The translations under genes were made by a program, and so were the position numbers. Below the pieces are notes generated by a model. It searched no databases. It was given only the letters and a program-made list of their open reading frames with translations, and had not been told where the DNA came from. DNA of 64,000 bases, taken from the NCBI GenBank assembly GCA_043228905.1, contig JBHGNT010000003.1, forward strand, positions 5,580,001 to 5,644,000, read 5' to 3'. Shown here piece after piece: positions 35,811 to 51,200 of this stretch; positions within the stretch are counted from its first letter, which is position 1; the number at the start of each line of letters is the position of its first letter. Source of the stretch: Azolla caroliniana. Lineage: Eukaryota > Plantae > Polypodiophyta.

Positions 35811-37111
35811 GTCACGAGCATGGCCAAGACTTTGCTAGCTTATGACATCTAGAGAAATTTTGCTATTACCATTTTCTTGTACTTCAAAGTCGCTTGGATG
35901 GTACATCAAATATAGATGCACAAATCAACAACCACAACTGCGCCCGCACCTACATCCGCATCCGCATGCAAATACACATACACATACATTGAACCCTACA
36001 TGTTTGAAGAATTACCGTCAAGTATCCCAATATCGTTCTCCACACAAAACTTGTGTATGTATATGTGATTGTGATTGTTAATTTCTATATTATTATTTTG
36101 TGTGTATACTAACTCTAAATGTGTATGTGTGTGGTATGTATCATAATAGCTATGGGCTAGGTTCAGTTTCGGTTTAGGTTTAGTTCAGTTTCTTGATCTC
36201 GAAACCAAACCAGACTATTTACAAATTATCAAGCCATATAAACCAAACAATTTAGAAAGAAGCCATTTATGCCAAACAATTTAAAAAGTAAGTGAAACTG
36301 AACTGGGATTTTCATGCCTCGTTTTTTAGATTTGAAGAGTGTGAGATAGAGAGTGAAAGTGATCTTGGCGCATGAATTTCAGAGTGTGAGCAGTCACAAT
36401 AAGAGAACGAGCGACTTTAGCATTTAGGTTCAAAGCAAAAGACAACAAGAGAGAGATAGAAGAGAGAGACCAACACTATACCAATAGGAACAAATGAAAA
36501 CAAATAATAGAGAGGCTTCACCTATTTATCATTTTTTGAAGCCATAAGAAGATATCACTAAGTGACATGTATAACGTCGACACACACACACACACACACA
36601 CACACAAATGTGTCACTCTACAATGAAGCCATGCATGTTGTTATATGACGTCTATTCTATGTTCCTCACATGTGACATACGTTCTAGGTGCCTTCATCAA
36701 AGGTAGTAGAGACATTTTTTTACGTTGATAGCACCCTATTTTGTAGTATTGTTTTGTATATCATTTACATCCGTTAGGATATTGTTGAAGCAACATTATC
36801 ACATTAAATATTTTGTTTGTTAATATAATTATTTAACGGAGAAGAGGAAGTGTTTTCTTCAACTTTATTGGTTTTGCTCAGTAGTGCAAGAGAACCACTC
36901 TTGTATGTTTTATCTCGTTAAAGAGATACAACTTTGATCAAGTGAAAGACATGCACTCGGTGCAACATACCTAGAAAGAAAATATTGATTTCTTTTGGCT
37001 ACAAAAGCCCATGTCAGGGTGGTGAAGGAACACAAAAGTTTTCAGGAAATGTAAGCTTTCCAAACCAATGAGAAAATGTTATTGATCAAAATGCTTATAG
37101 AAGGATATACT

Positions 37112-37618
37112 TTAGCCTAGCGGAAAGGGCTTTTTTCTGTTATAGTGTGTCTCACATAACCATGCAACTTAAGTTCTTCCGTCAACTTCATAGTTGGTAC
37201 GTTTAAGAAGGACCTTCTCAGCTATGTTCTTGTCTGTCAAACCTCCCTTTTCCTCCAATATCAATGCCAAACACTTTTGCCACTCATTGGAAGCAGACTC
37301 TAATGTACTTAAATATGTATCTTTCTTTGATTTAATAGTATTTTCTATAAGGAGATATCCATTCCCTAGTTGTTTGAAGTGGGGGGACCAATTAGGAATC
37401 AAGGAGCTTGCAAGTGGAACCACAAAAGAAGTACCGAGTCTAGCAGCTATTATCAAAATACGAAGGAAACCATTGATGTAAGGAAGACTTTTATTTAGAG
37501 TCTTTAATTGAGACTCTAAAAAGTAGGTGAGGGTGATACGAGGTTTCTCTTTCATTGGATGTGGGAATCTGTTATGTTCACAATATAATTGGATTGTCAA
37601 AAACTTACCTTTTGAAAA
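37112..37618 (-). pseudogene. 3' part of Roco copy F (post-COR C-terminal domain with its native stop)
   Basis: LTIQLYCEHNRFPHP...LPYINGFLRILIIAARLG...EWQKCL...GRT*VAWLCETHYNRKKPFPLG*, with a premature TAA at 37169 and the native stop at 37112-37114. Confidence 0.85.
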
Positions 37619-40581
37619 TCGACAGAGCAATTGTAGGCTACTTTTGCTGCTCCACGCAACAGTCGCGCTACCTAGGGAAAACATGTAACCGGAGGTTGAT
37701 CGGTGATCTGATGCATCGTCGGCCCAATCGCCATCTGTGTAACCGACCAGCTCTTCGGTTATACCGTGTCGGTATAACAGTCCTCGGTCCTTCGTGCCGC
37801 TCACATACCGCAGTATTCGGTGCGCGCACTGAAGATGCTCCACGGTCAACTTTTGCATGAATTGGCTAATCACACCGACCGGATAGCTGATGTCAGGTTG
37901 GGTGATGGTCAAATATATAAGGCTTTCGACAATTTGTCGGAACCGTTTCTCATCGCAGGCCGGTCTAGAGTCAGGACGGAGCTTCTGGTTCCGGCCTAGG
38001 GGAGTAGAGATAGGTCGGCATTCGGTCATGCCGAACTTGTACAACATATTTAACACATAGTGCCTTTGTGAGAGCAATATGCCATCGGGGGTGCGGATCA
38101 CCTCGATCCCAAGAAAATAATGAAGGTCCCCCAGGTCCTTCATCTCAAACGCATCCGACAACTGGGACTTGACTTGGCTGATTTCATCGAGTCCGGGTCC
38201 GGTGATGACCAGATCATCAACGTACAACAAGATGCAAACCGGACCGTCCGGACCTTGCCGGATGAACAACGAAGAGTCGGACTTGGAGGCCGCAAACCCC
38301 ATCTTACGCAGCCGGTGCGTGATCTTCGCATTCCAAGCTGGGGGGCTTGCTTCAGGTCATAAAGTGATTTCTTCAGCCGGCATACCGCCGACTTGTTCAT
38401 CTCCGTCTGGAAACCAGGGGGTTGTATCATAAAGACCTCTTCTTCAAGATCTCCTTGAAGAAATGCATTCTTCACATCCATCTAGTGAAGATGCCAACCC
38501 CTTGCCGCTGCAACCGCCAGCACCACACGAACCGTCGTCATCTTCGCTACCAGAGCGAAGGTCTCATCGTAGTCGATTCCGTGGGTCTGTGCATATCCCT
38601 TCGCCACTAACCGGGCCTTGTACCGGTTAACTGAACTGTCGGCGTTGTACTTTACCTTGTACATCCACTTGCATCCGATCGGTTTACTATGACGAGGAGG
38701 GTCAACTAGGTCCCATGTATCTTTGGCATCAAGTGACCGCATCTCTTCTTCCATAGCGGCACGCTAATGTGTGTCCTTTGCCGCTTCTGCGTACTAGCTC
38801 CGGCTCACGCACTTCCGCCACCTTGGTCATGTACGCATAGTGATGCGCCATGTACTCATTGTACCCGTACCGTTTAATAGGTTCCTTCTAGCGGGTTGAC
38901 TGGCGTAACCCACCGTTACCCGGTTTTAGGCCCTTCTTGGCCGGTTCGATCTTCGGTGCCGAAGAACTGTCATTTTCCTTTCCTAAGTCGGATCTGCTCG
39001 GATCCAACTCATCAATACCGGTTCCATAATCCGACATCTTCTTCTTCCCCTTCTCTTTGCGCGTGAACCTTCTCCTCGGTTCTTTGCGCAGGGAGAGCAC
39101 GACAGAGTCTTCACTACTCGCCGGTTCTTCATTTGACTGGTCGGATTGACCCAGTCTCTCGTTCAGCCCACTCAACCGAAATGATTCCGGACTCTCTTCT
39201 TGAGTCCCGGATTCATCATCTTCTAACTGGACCGGTTCGGGCTCACTAGCCTCATCCTCTGGTATCGGGTCGGGGTCAGAAGTCGGAGCTGGTAAGGCAT
39301 ACCATGATGTCGTCTCATCAAACGCAACATCGCGGCTAACTTGGACCTGCTTCGTCCGGGGGTTATAACACTTATACCCCTTTTGCTCATGTGAGTAGCC
39401 GACGAGGATGCACTTCTCTAATTTTGCATCCAGCTTCCTCTGCTTCTCATTCGGCACATGCACATATGCTATGCTGCCAAAAATCCGAAGGTGTCTCAAA
39501 TTCGGCTTGCGCCCGAAATACAGCTCATGCGCGGATACCTTGTCACTGATCCGGTTTTGGATGTAGACGGTCGTCCAGACCGCCTCCACTCAGTAGAAAT
39601 GGGGCATGCTCTCTCTCTTCAAGCATTGTCCTTGTCGCGTCAACAAGCGACCGGTTCTTTCTTTTGGGCACACCGTTTTTCTCCGGTGTGTATCTGCAAC
39701 TAAACTCTCTCCGAATTCCTATTTGCTGAAGATAACTGTTGAATTGGCTGGAAAAATATTCTTTTCCACCATCTGACCGCATGCACTTGATCTTCCTCTC
39801 CGATTCCCGTTCCACCATGCTCTGGAGGTTCTGGAAATAGTCGAAGACTTCGCTCTTCCGCTCAATGAGGTAGATCCATGTGTGCCGGCTATAGTCGTCG
39901 ATGAAGGAGACGAAGTATCGACTCCCGCCAAGACTCACGTTCTGTGCCGGTACCCAAACATCCGAATGAATAAGGTCGAGCTTGTTACGGCTACGGTTTT
40001 TTTCGGCGGGGAATGGAAGCCGGGCCTTCCGGCCACTAAACTTCGACAAACCGAAAACAACTTGTTTCGTTTGCAAGTCTTGAGCCCCTGGTAATTGATG
40101 TGGCTGATCTACTTGTGCCACAGGTCAATGTCCTATTCGACCTTCTGTCCTTTGGTGAACAAGGCGGTGCCGACGTCATTGGTGTCGAGGATGAACATCC
40201 TCCCATCTCTGCGCCCTTGCGCAATAATCTGGTCCTCCTCCTGGAAGAAGCACCCGAGGTGCGTAAACCTCACTTGTATTCCGTGGTCGACGATCTATCC
40301 GATCGACACCAAGTTCTTCATGATAGTCGGAACATGTAATACGTTCATCAGCTTCCCCCTCTATCCGACGTGGCTCAGGGGAACTTTTCCGACATGCACG
40401 ATTGGGTGTGGCGTGTCGTCTCCTGTTTCGACAACTCCTGGTTGTTCCGGTTTCTCCAAGAAGGAGAACCACTCTTTGTGGCTTGTCATGTGATTTGACG
40501 CACCGGAATCAACGTACCACAGTTCATCCGATTTGGAAGTGGTCTTCTTCATCAAGTTTGCCTCGTGCTTCATCACCAACG
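37619..40581 (-). mobile_element. Ty1/copia element X, pol part (PR-IN-RT-partial RNase H), degenerate
   Basis: [53 protein letters not shown]. Truncated in RNase H with no 3' LTR. Confidence 0.9.
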
Positions 40582-42009
40582 TGTCGAATACGAGTGTATA
40601 AAGGCCATATTCACACTGTCCCGTTGAACAGCCCAAGTTCGGGCTATTTCTGTAAATAGCATAAAGGGTAGTTGCCCTAGGATAGTCACTACATAAAGTG
40701 ACTTTGTAACCATTAGTAAGGCTTGGTTGTCATTTGTAACTGTTGTTATCAGAATATATAGTTTACTTTGTGTGTGTGTGTCTCTCTCTCTCCCTCTCCC
40801 TCTGTGTCGATCTTGTTCTTCAACCCGTTGCCGGCCGTCATCGCACAACACAATACTTTGTTTTCGTTTTCTTTGAAGAACAGAGAAGGGAGAAGAAAAA
40901 GACAAGAGCTCACATCTCACTGTGTTAAATCACAAATTGGAGTAAGCCAGTCGGTTGTTCTCTGTTCCTGTGATTGTAACCGCTTGAGGGGAGCTCCTTG
41001 AGCAACAACTGACCCAATCATGCTGCATTCGGTTAAACACCATCCGAATAGGTCATCGGACGCTATTCACCCGCTTGTTGTAACCACCCGCTGCAGATTG
41101 GTCTCCACTTCGTGCTTCACTCGGTTGATCGACATTCGGGAGGATAAGTTGGATCCGTCCCTCTCATCGCTGCAGTCATCTGAAGCAAAATCGGCCCAAA
41201 CAATCGGTTTCGCGTAATCGGTATTCGGCATACAATCGGAAGCTAACCGGGGTCACTCCGACTCGGCAACATTCGGGAAGACCAACCGGTTCTGTCCCTC
41301 AAGTTACCGGAGTCACTCCGAGCAAGTTCAACAACAAGTATCCGAAACCAAACCGACTCGGGTTCAAAACCGACTAGAACGATATCCGGTGAGCCGACCG
41401 ACTACACCCCACCAAGGTTCGTAGTCAACTTCGAACTGAGTCTTACCAACCAAAACGGAAGCAGATGGCATCAACATCCGGCTCATCGGAGATGAGTCTA
41501 AGGAGGTTCGACGGTTCGAACTTCAACTTTTGGAAGGAACAAATGCAGGACTATCTCATAGTCAAGGGTCAGATAGACCCGATTGAGAATGAAAATCCTC
41601 TAGAAGCATACAAGGCAAACGAGTGGCTAAAGTTGGACAGAATCGTCCGCGCCACGATTCGGATGCACTTGTTGCAGTCAGTGTACTTCATAGTGCATCA
41701 TGCACGACAACATTTGAACTTTGGAAAACACTGTCAGAAACTTATGAAAAGAAGGTTGCCGCAACGAATATGTATCTGATCCGGTGCCTCTAGAACCTGT
41801 GGATGAAAGAATCCGATTTGGTTCAGGCACACCTCAACCAGTATGAATGCATAATCTCCCAAATCTCGTCTCAGGGGACGGCAATTGAGGATGAACTTAG
41901 AGCAATGATACTCATGAGTAGTCTCCCCTCTTCATGGGAAACTTTCATTACAACCGTGTGCAATGCTTCAACAGTTGCCGTTAAGTACTCCGAAGTCACA
42001 AGCGCAACC

Positions 42010-45000
42010 TGAAGAAGGTTTTAGCTGCGAGCACTACAACCTGGAAGTTGCAACTCCGACAGGAGTTGAGCAATGTCCGACAGAAGAACATGTCGGTGGC
42101 GGATTACACGGCCCAAATCAAAGAGATCTATGACTCGCTTGCCCCTATCAACGTAACCATAGAGGAAGAGGAGATGGTACAGGTCTGTCTTAGGGGCCTG
42201 GCGTCTAAGTTCAGAGCGTTCCGAACGGTAGTGTGTACAAGGGAGAATACGCCGTCATTTTTCGACTTACAATCGATGCTCCTTGTACAGGAGAACCACG
42301 CCGGTGCATCAACTAGCGCACCCACTGACAGCCGAATGTTGTACACGGAGGCGGATCGGTTCCGTGGGCGTGGTGGATGAGGCGGCCGACAAGAGCAAGA
42401 ATGAAGGCACAGAGAATGTGCCGACAGCAGTTCCGGGACTTCTACTGGCAGGGGAAGTCAAGGTGGTGCCGGAGGCCGGTAAGACAAATCTGCAACGAAA
42501 TGTTGGTACTGTGGCAAGAAGGGCCACAGAGAAAGCAAGTGTTGGAGAAAGCGCGCTGATTGGGACAAATCCGGATCCGGCAAGGCGGGCAAGGATGGCC
42601 GGCAAAGCTCGCACTATGCGAAGGGATCGGGAGGATCCAAGAACGGTAACGGGCCGACCTTGATGATGAAGCACGAGGCGAACTCGATGAAGAAGACCAC
42701 TTCCAAATCAAAGGAAGTGTGGTATGTTGATTCTGGTGCGTCGAACCACATGACGAGCCACAAAGACTGGTTCTCCTTTTTGGAGAAACCGGATCAACCA
42801 GGAGTAGTCGAAATCGGAGATGACACTCCTCACCCAATCGTGCATGTCGGAGAAGTCCCTTTGAGCCACGTCAGACAGAAGGGGAAGCTGATTAACGTAT
42901 TACACGTTCCGACAATCACGAAGAACCTGGTGTCGGTCGGACAGATCGTCGACCAAGGTATGCAGGTGCGGTTCTCGCACCTCAGGTGCTTCATCAAGGA
43001 AGAAGGCCAAATTATTGCGCAAGGGCACAGAGACGGGAGGATGTTTATCCTCGACACCAATGACATCGGCACCGCTCTGTTCGCAAAAGGACAGAAGGTC
43101 GAATCGAACATCAACCTATAGCACAAGCGGATAGGCCACGTCAATTACCAGAGGCTTCAAGACCTGCAAACGAAACAAGTTGTTTTCGGTTTGCCGAAGT
43201 TTAGCGGCCGGAAGGCCCAAGTATGTGAAGCCTGCCAACTCGAGAAGCAACATCGGCTTCCATTCCCTACCGAACGTAACCGGAACCGTAACAAGCTCGA
43301 CCTAATTCATTTGGATGTGTGGGGACCGGCACAGAATGTTAGTCTTGGCGGGAGTCGATATTTCGTCTCCTTCATCGACGACTATACGCGGCACACATGG
43401 ATCTACCTCATTCAGCAGAAGAGTGAAGTCTTCGAGTGTTTTCGGAGTCTCCAAAGCATGATGGAATGGGAATCAGAGAGGAAGATCAAATGCCTGCGGT
43501 CGGATGGCGGGAAAGAATACTTTTCCGGCCAATTCAACAGTTATCTGCAGCAAACTGGAATTCGGCGAGAATTCAGCTACAGATACACACCGCAACAGAA
43601 TGGTGTTGCCGAGAGGAAGAACATGTCGCTTATCGATGCGGCAAGGGCAATGCTGGAGGAGAAGAGCATGCCCAAATTCTACTGGGTGGATGGCGGAAGT
43701 GCGTGAGCCGGAGAGCTACGCAGAAGCGGCCAAGGACGCAAATTGGCCTGCCACTATGGAGGAAGAAATGCGGGCACTTGATGTCAACAAGACATGGGAC
43801 TTGGTTGACCCTCCTCGTCACTGTAAACCGATCGGATGCAAGTGGTTATACAAGGTAAAGTACAACGCCGATGGTTCTGTTAACTGGTATAAAGCCCGGT
43901 TAGTGGCGAAGGGATACGCGCAAACCCACGGAATCGACTACGACGAGACCTTCGCTCCGGTAGCGAAGATGACGACGGTTCGAGTGGTGCTGGTAGTTGT
44001 TACAGCAAGGGGGTGGCATCTTCAACAAATGGATGTGAAGAATGCATTTCTTCAAGTTGATCTTTAAGAAGAGGTCTTTATGACTCAGCCTCCCAAATTT
44101 CAATCGGAGATGAACAAGTCGGCGGTATGTCAGCTGAAGAAGTCATTGTACGGCTTGAAGCAAGCCCGTCGAACTTGGAATGCGAAGATCACACACCAGT
44201 TGCGTAGTATGGGGTTTGTGGCCTCCAAATCGGACTCTTCATTGTTCATCTGGCAAGGCTCAGCCGGTCCGGTATGTATACTGTTGTATGTTGATGATCT
44301 CGTCATCACCGGACCAGGTGTTCCAAAAATCAATCACGTCAAGTCCCAGTTGTCAGACGCATTTGAGATGAAGGATCTGGGGGACGTTCATTATTTTCTA
44401 GGGATCGAGGTGATCCGAACCCCGGACGGCATATTACTCTCACAACGTCATTACGTCTTGAATATGTTGTACCAGGTCGGCATGACAGAATGCCGACCTG
44501 TATCGACACCCTTGGATCGGAACCAGAAGCTTCATCCCAACTCCGGACTAGCCTGGAACGAGCAACGGTTCCGACAAATTGTCAGAAGCCTTATTACTTG
44601 ACTATCACGCGACCCGACATCAGCTAACCGGTCGGATTGATAAGTCAGTTCATGCAGAAGCCGACCGTGGCGCACCTTCAGTGTGCGCTACGGATATTGC
44701 GGTATGTCAGCGGCACCATGGACTAGGGACTGTTATACTAGCAAGGTATAATCGAAGAGCTCGTCGGTTACACGGATGCTGACTGGGCCGGCGATGCATC
44801 AGATCGCCGATCAACCTCTGGTTACATGTTTTCCCTAGGTAGCGCGATTGTTGCGTGGAGCAGCAAAAAGCAGCCAACAGTTGCTCTGTCGAGCACTGAG
44901 GCTGAGTAACGGGGCGTTACCATTGCCACCTGTGAAGCCATTTGGCTTCACCGACTACTGCAAGACTTACGGATCGAGGTACCAACCCCGATTTTGGTCT

Positions 45001-46156
45001 ACTGCGACAACATAAGCAGCATGCAACTCGCCGAGAACCCCGTATTCCATGCTCGCACAAAACACATAGAAGTGCACTATCACGTCGTGCGTGAGCATGT
45101 CCTAAGCGGTGACGTTGACCTTCGGTATGTTCACACAGATCGGCAAGTTGTTGACATCTTCACCAAACCACTCGGCTCGGACAAGTTGCAACACTTCACC
45201 GAAATGCTTGGTGTTCAGCATCTCGACGTGCAACACTTGAGGGGGAGAACGGGCAAAGACACCGAAACGGGCAAAGGCAAAGAGATTGTTGATTGCGCCG
45301 GTGAGGGAAGAACAGAAGGCAGCAGAGTCAAGAAGGACAGAGCCGACCCAAGGAAGAAGGCCGATGTGGTGAAGGGCTTGGAACCAGAAGACGAATCGGG
45401 ATCAACCGATTTGCACAAGAGCTGGAACGAATCAGAGACAGTCGATTCGGTTTAAAAGACAGATTTGGAAGAACCGGATCAATATAAGGCCAAGTAGACA
45501 CGGATGTAGCGGAAGTCGATGCCATCGCGGAAGAACAGACGGATCGATAAGCGCTGGAGTCATAGCAGCGAAGGAGCTGAGAGGGGCCTAGTGAGCAAAC
45601 ATACCGACCGAGAAGGTCGAGGCGCGCAGAACAACAGGGGTCGGGGCAAACAAAACCAGGCCGGACGAGGTGCGCGAGCAAGGCGAAGCGACGCCAGGAG
45701 AAGTCGGTTGGAAGAACCGGCTTCCACAGAGACTGACACTAAGATCCAACCTCAAGTTGACCTTGAGGGGGACTGTTGAGCAACAAGCTCAACTGGAGCC
45801 AGATCGGCTGCATAAGCCTGAGCCGGCAAGCGAGACAGATTGGTAAGCTGTGAGCAACCGAGCCGGCAAGCAACAGAGCCGGCGAGCTGGGGAGCCAGTT
45901 AGCCGGATCCAATCAGTAACCGGAAGCCTAGTATTAGTGTAGAATACTAGGCAATTATAGTCTCGTAGTAAGTGTCAGATGCTCGTGTGAGCATTGAAGT
46001 ACGGAGTACTTCTGTCAATCCCACGTGGACTTGTATAAATAATGCTACTGAATATAGTTGTATTTACAAAGTGCTTATATCGTTTTGAAGATAGCTTTTA
46101 CGTTTTGCTCTCTCTGTCTCTCCTGTGTATTCTCTATGTTCTCTGCTTTCGAACGC
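42010..46156 (+). mobile_element. Ty1/copia element Z (same family as X), 5'-truncated, nested in Y
   Basis: Gag LRQELSNVRQKNMS, PR WYVDSGAS, IN, RT LLYVDDL, RNase H YCDNISS; PPT GAGGGGGAC; 3' LTR from 45774. Many stops and an internal IN-to-RT deletion. Confidence 0.88.
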
Positions 46157-48215
46157 TTCCTTGTATCCTTTATATGTCACACTCAAAGAGGGTGACTTAT
46201 TTTTGGTTGATATCCTCGTGTCATCGTTATGGCACGGACGACTTGGACACCTCAGCAAGGCCGACATAACGCACCTATCCAGAGCTGGTTACATCCCCAA
46301 GCTCTCCTTCTCGGATCACCAATTCTGCGAGCATTGCTAGTGCGGCAAACAGGTTGCCGCATCACACCTGACATCAGCACCAAGATAATCGAGCCCACTC
46401 GATTTGGTCCACTCGGAAATCTATGGCCCGATGCCACATCAGTGTCTCGACGGTGCTTCGTACTTCGTTAGTTTTATTGATGACTCGACTCGGAAGGTGT
46501 GGGCTTACCGTATCAGAACCAAAGATCGGGTGTTCCTGATCTTCTCTGAATGGCTTGCAATGGTCGAAAATCAGACTAGTCGGAAACTGAAACGTCTCCG
46601 AACCGACAATGGAGGAGAATTCAAGTTTGAAGAATTCGTCAATTTCTGTCGGGAACGCGGCATTCGACGTGAATATACGGTACCCTATAGTCCAGAGCAG
46701 AACGGAATCGCTGAACACATGAATCAGACGATTCAAGAACGCGTAGTATCCATGCTCCAACACTCCGGACTGTCGGATGGCTTCAAGGCGAAGGCTCTAC
46801 TTACAGCAATACAGATAATAAATATGTCACCAAGTAGACCTCTAGGACTTCAAATACCTCAGGAAATATGGACCGGCAGTAAGCTCTGGGATCTTCGGTT
46901 GCGAGGCGTATGCTCTCATACCGAAAGACGATCGTCGAAAACTTGAACCAAGGTCACGGAAATGTGTTTTTCTTGGATATGGACCCGACAGCGAGATCGG
47001 ATACCGACTCTGGGACCCCGAGCACAGACAAATCGTCTGAAGTTCGGACGTTGTGTTCAACGAGTTGACTATGCATAAAACGGCCGAAAGGCCTATTGAA
47101 GTCCGAAGGGTAATATTTTCCGAAGTGCCAGCCCTTCACCGCCCACAACACGAGATCGGTTTCACGGGTAACTGACAACTCTTGTACCGAATGGCTCGGC
47201 TCCTGACCATCCGACATTGATACCCAGTGCTACTAGTCTAGTCATATCTCGCAGATCCGAGAGACTGTCGCAACCTCCGGAGAGGTACTCTCCCAGAATT
47301 TCCTTTCCCGACGTCGGCGAACCGACGTCTTACGAAGAAGCATCGGCATCTGCCGATTTAGCCACATGGCATTTGGTGATGGAGTCGGAAATGCACTCCA
47401 TTCGGGCAAACAAGACCTGGGACTTGGTCAAATTATCGAAGAATCGACGTGCTCCTCCGTGTAAGTGGGTCTATCGACTAAAAGAGACGTCCGACTCAAC
47501 CACCCCAAAGTACAAGGCTAGATTAGTTGTGAAGGGATTTTGACAGGAATTTTGCATCGACGTCGATGAAATCTTTTACCTATTGGTTAAAATGAAGACC
47601 CTTCGTTTCATGCTCGGCGTCGTGGCCGCCGACAACTTGGAGCTGATTCAGCTAGATGTAAAAACGGCATTCCTCCATGTTGACCTACAGGAGGAAATCT
47701 ATATGGAGCAGCCGAAAGTTTTTGTGGCATCCGACCATGAACATCTAGTCTGCCGACTCAGGAAGAGTTTATACGGCCTGAAACAAGCACCCCGACAGTG
47801 GTACAAGAAGTTCGACGACTTTATCCAGTTTGTCGGCTTCTCCAAGAGCAATGAGGACCACTATCTCTTCACCAAAACAACTCAAGACGAGTCTCCCATC
47901 TTCCTCATCATCTACGTGGACGACATGCTACTCTCCGATTGGCATGCCGGAGAGCTCACTGAACTCTTTTGGCAACTGCGGTTGAAGTTTGCCATGAAGG
48001 ACCTGGGTCCGGCAAGACACATACTTGGTATGAAGATTAGTCGGTATCACGATACACGACAACTTTTCTTGTCTCAAACCGACTACATCGGATGTGCCAA
48101 GTCTGCTTCGACCCCGTTCCCCATTAACCTTTGGCTATCTCAGCGAGACTACCCGACATCCAGTCCGGAGGGGGAAGATATGAAGTCGGTACCGTATGCA
48201 CCGGCAGTCGACTTC

Positions 48216-51200
48216 TGTTGAGAATCAACGCTCCGATTCGGCTTCACCACTCGGCCACAACCGAGAAATCACGAATCAATACAGCAGAAAATAGGAAACA
48301 CAGAGAAAGACACGATAACACAGGTATTAACGTGGAAAACCCTATACGGGAAAAACCACGGGAGTGCAAGACTCCAAACCAAAACTATGCACAGAGAAAT
48401 ATACAATGGCGAGCTGCAAGGCGACGACCTTGAGCTTGCTGTCCTCGCCACAGGCGGCGGTATTACACAGAGGCGTCGACCTCTTCCTCTCTCACGCTCT
48501 ACCTCTCTCACAGCTGCTCTCTCTTCACTCCTCTTGAGTGGAAAAACAGAAAAATGAGTAGCAACAGTTTTAGACTGCTTGCCCTAAGTCATATTTATAC
48601 ACATATGACTTTCGGGCTATTTACATATATAGCCACAAGGGCCCTTGGCAAACATATTCACAAATATGTCCCCGAATCCGGATCTCTCTCCGGGTATCTT
48701 CATCATCCGGTTCCGTAACCGGGGTCTTCATCATCCGGTTCCGTAACCGGGGCTTCATTCCCGATTCCCGGACATCTGTCTATCCCATCCGGAGGGACCG
48801 TAATCCCAACAAACTCCCCCTTCACTTCGGCATGGGATGTCTTTCCAGTCCGACCCTCTTCCGGCACGCTTCCAGCTTGTCGGGTGTGAGCACTTTGGTC
48901 AGCATATCTGACCCGTTCTCGTCCGTGTGGATCTTCGTAAGCACGAACTCCAGGTCTTCTATCCTTTCCCGGATCCAGTGATATCTTCGCTGGATGTGCT
49001 TCGTCCGGGAGTGGTAGGCCGCGTTCTTCGCAAGGTGGATGGCACTCTGACTGTCGCAGTAGAGTCGGTACTCTTCCTGCCGGATACCGAGCTCTCTAAT
49101 GAAGTCCTTCATCCATATTATTTCCTTGCCGGCTTCGACAGCCGCCATGTACTCCGCCTCCGTGGTTGACAACGCAACCGTCTTCTGCAGCCTCGACTGC
49201 CACGAAACAGCTCCCTCTGCATACGTCATCACATACCCTGATGTGGACCGGCTGGTATCCGCATCAGCCGACATGTCCGAATCGGTAAATCCATCGAGTT
49301 CGGGCTTACCGGAGCCGAATCGGAGGCACATGTTCGAAGTGCCCTTTAGGTATCGGAGTATCCATTTGACCGCGTTCCAGTGCTCTTTGCCGGGATTGCT
49401 CATGTACCGGCTCACCACTCCGACGGCATATCCTATGTCCAGTCTTGTACACACCATTGCGTACATCAAGCTTCCGACGGCAGAGGCATATGGCACTTTC
49501 ATCATGTCCTCCTTCTCAGCCTTTGTCTTGGGGCTTTGCTTGCTGGACAACTTGCAGTTTGCTGGGAGGGTTGACCCGACCGGTCTTGCTTCCGACATGT
49601 TGAACCGATGAAGCACCTTTGTCACGTACTTCTCCTGTGACAGCCACAACTGCTTCTTCTTCCGGTCCCGGATGATGTGCATCCCTAGTATTTGCCTCGC
49701 CGGACCCAGGTCTTTCATTGAGAAGGTTCCGTGAAGAGCCTTCTTCAGCATCCGTATCTTGACCTGGTCTCGTCCGACGATCAACATGTCGTCCACGTAC
49801 AGGAGGAGTATTAGAAAGTCTCCTCCTTCGAACTTCTTCACAAACACGCAGTGATCGGACTGCGTTTTGTGGTACCCTTCGTCTGTCATGAAGGAGTCGA
49901 ACTTCCGGTACCATTGCCGGGGAGCCTGCTTCAAACCGTAAAGGCTCTTCTTCAACCGGCATACCAGGTGCTCCTTCCCTTTCTTCTCGAATCCTTCCGG
50001 TTGCTGCATGTAGATCTCTTCTTCGAGGTCACCGTGAAGGAATGCCGTCTTCACGTCCATCTGTTCTACCTCGAGGTCCATGCTTGCCGCTATGCTCAGC
50101 ACCATCCGGATGGAGGTCATCTTCACTACCGGGGCAAATATCTCGTCGAAGTCGACGCCCTTCTTCTGCTGAAACCCCTTCACCACGATCCTGGCTTTGA
50201 ATCTCAGGGGGTTTTCGGCATCTCCCGGTTTCAGCTTGAACACCCACTTGTTACGGAGTGCCCGTTTTCCTTTCGGCAACTCCACAAGTTCATATGTGTG
50301 ATTCTCGTGCAGGGAATCCATCTCCTCCTGCATGGCACTTAACCACCTGCGGCTACGGGTGTCATGCTTCGCTTCTTCAAAGCTCTCCGGTTCCCCCTCG
50401 TCGGTTAGCAGCACGTGCTCTGGTTCCGGAAATCTCCGGGGAGCCCTTCTCTTTCTTAGAGGATATCTCCGTTCCGGAGCTTCGGTAACCGGTTCTTCCG
50501 ATTCTTCTTCATCCGAATCCATTTCGGGATCGGGGCCGGTTCCGGTATCATTTTCATCTTCTTCGGCCGGATCTTCGAGTGTTAACCGGTCCCTTGCCGG
50601 TCGGGACTGCTCCTCGTAGAGTTTATCCTCACCGGTCGACTTGGAGCTCTTCATCTTCTTCTCCGACTCCCAGTCGGCGAGTGTCTTGTCCTCCATGAAG
50701 ATGATATCTCGACTCCTGAATATCTTCTTGTCGACCGGGTCCCATACTCGGTAGCCGAACTCGTCGTCGCCGTAGCCGAGGAATATGCATGGCTGGGTCT
50801 TTGGATCTAACTTTCCTCTCCGGTCCTTTGCCACATGCACGTATGCGAGACACCCGAACACCTTCAGATGCCGGTAGGACACTTCCTTACCGGTCCACAC
50901 TCTCTGTGGCGTGTCTCCATCCAGGGGTACTGAGGGTGATCTATTTATCACATATGTCGCCGTCGACATTGCCTCAACCCAAAATCCCTTGGGTAATTTC
51001 GCATGTGCTAGCATACTCCGGACCCTCTCCATTATGGTCCGGTTCATCCTCTCGGCCAGCCCGTTCAGTTCCGGCGTCTTCGGCACAGTAAACTCGAGCC
51101 GGATTCCCATCGAACGGCAATACTCCTCAAATTGCCCTCGGTATTCTCCTCCGTTATCCGCTCGTATCGCTTTCAGCTTCTTGCCGGATTCTCTTTCCAC

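Noticed and set aside
36150-36310. GGTTT/AAACC-rich inverted patch as a MITE or telomeric remnant
   Set aside because: No clear TIR or TSD, and not a TTTAGGG array.
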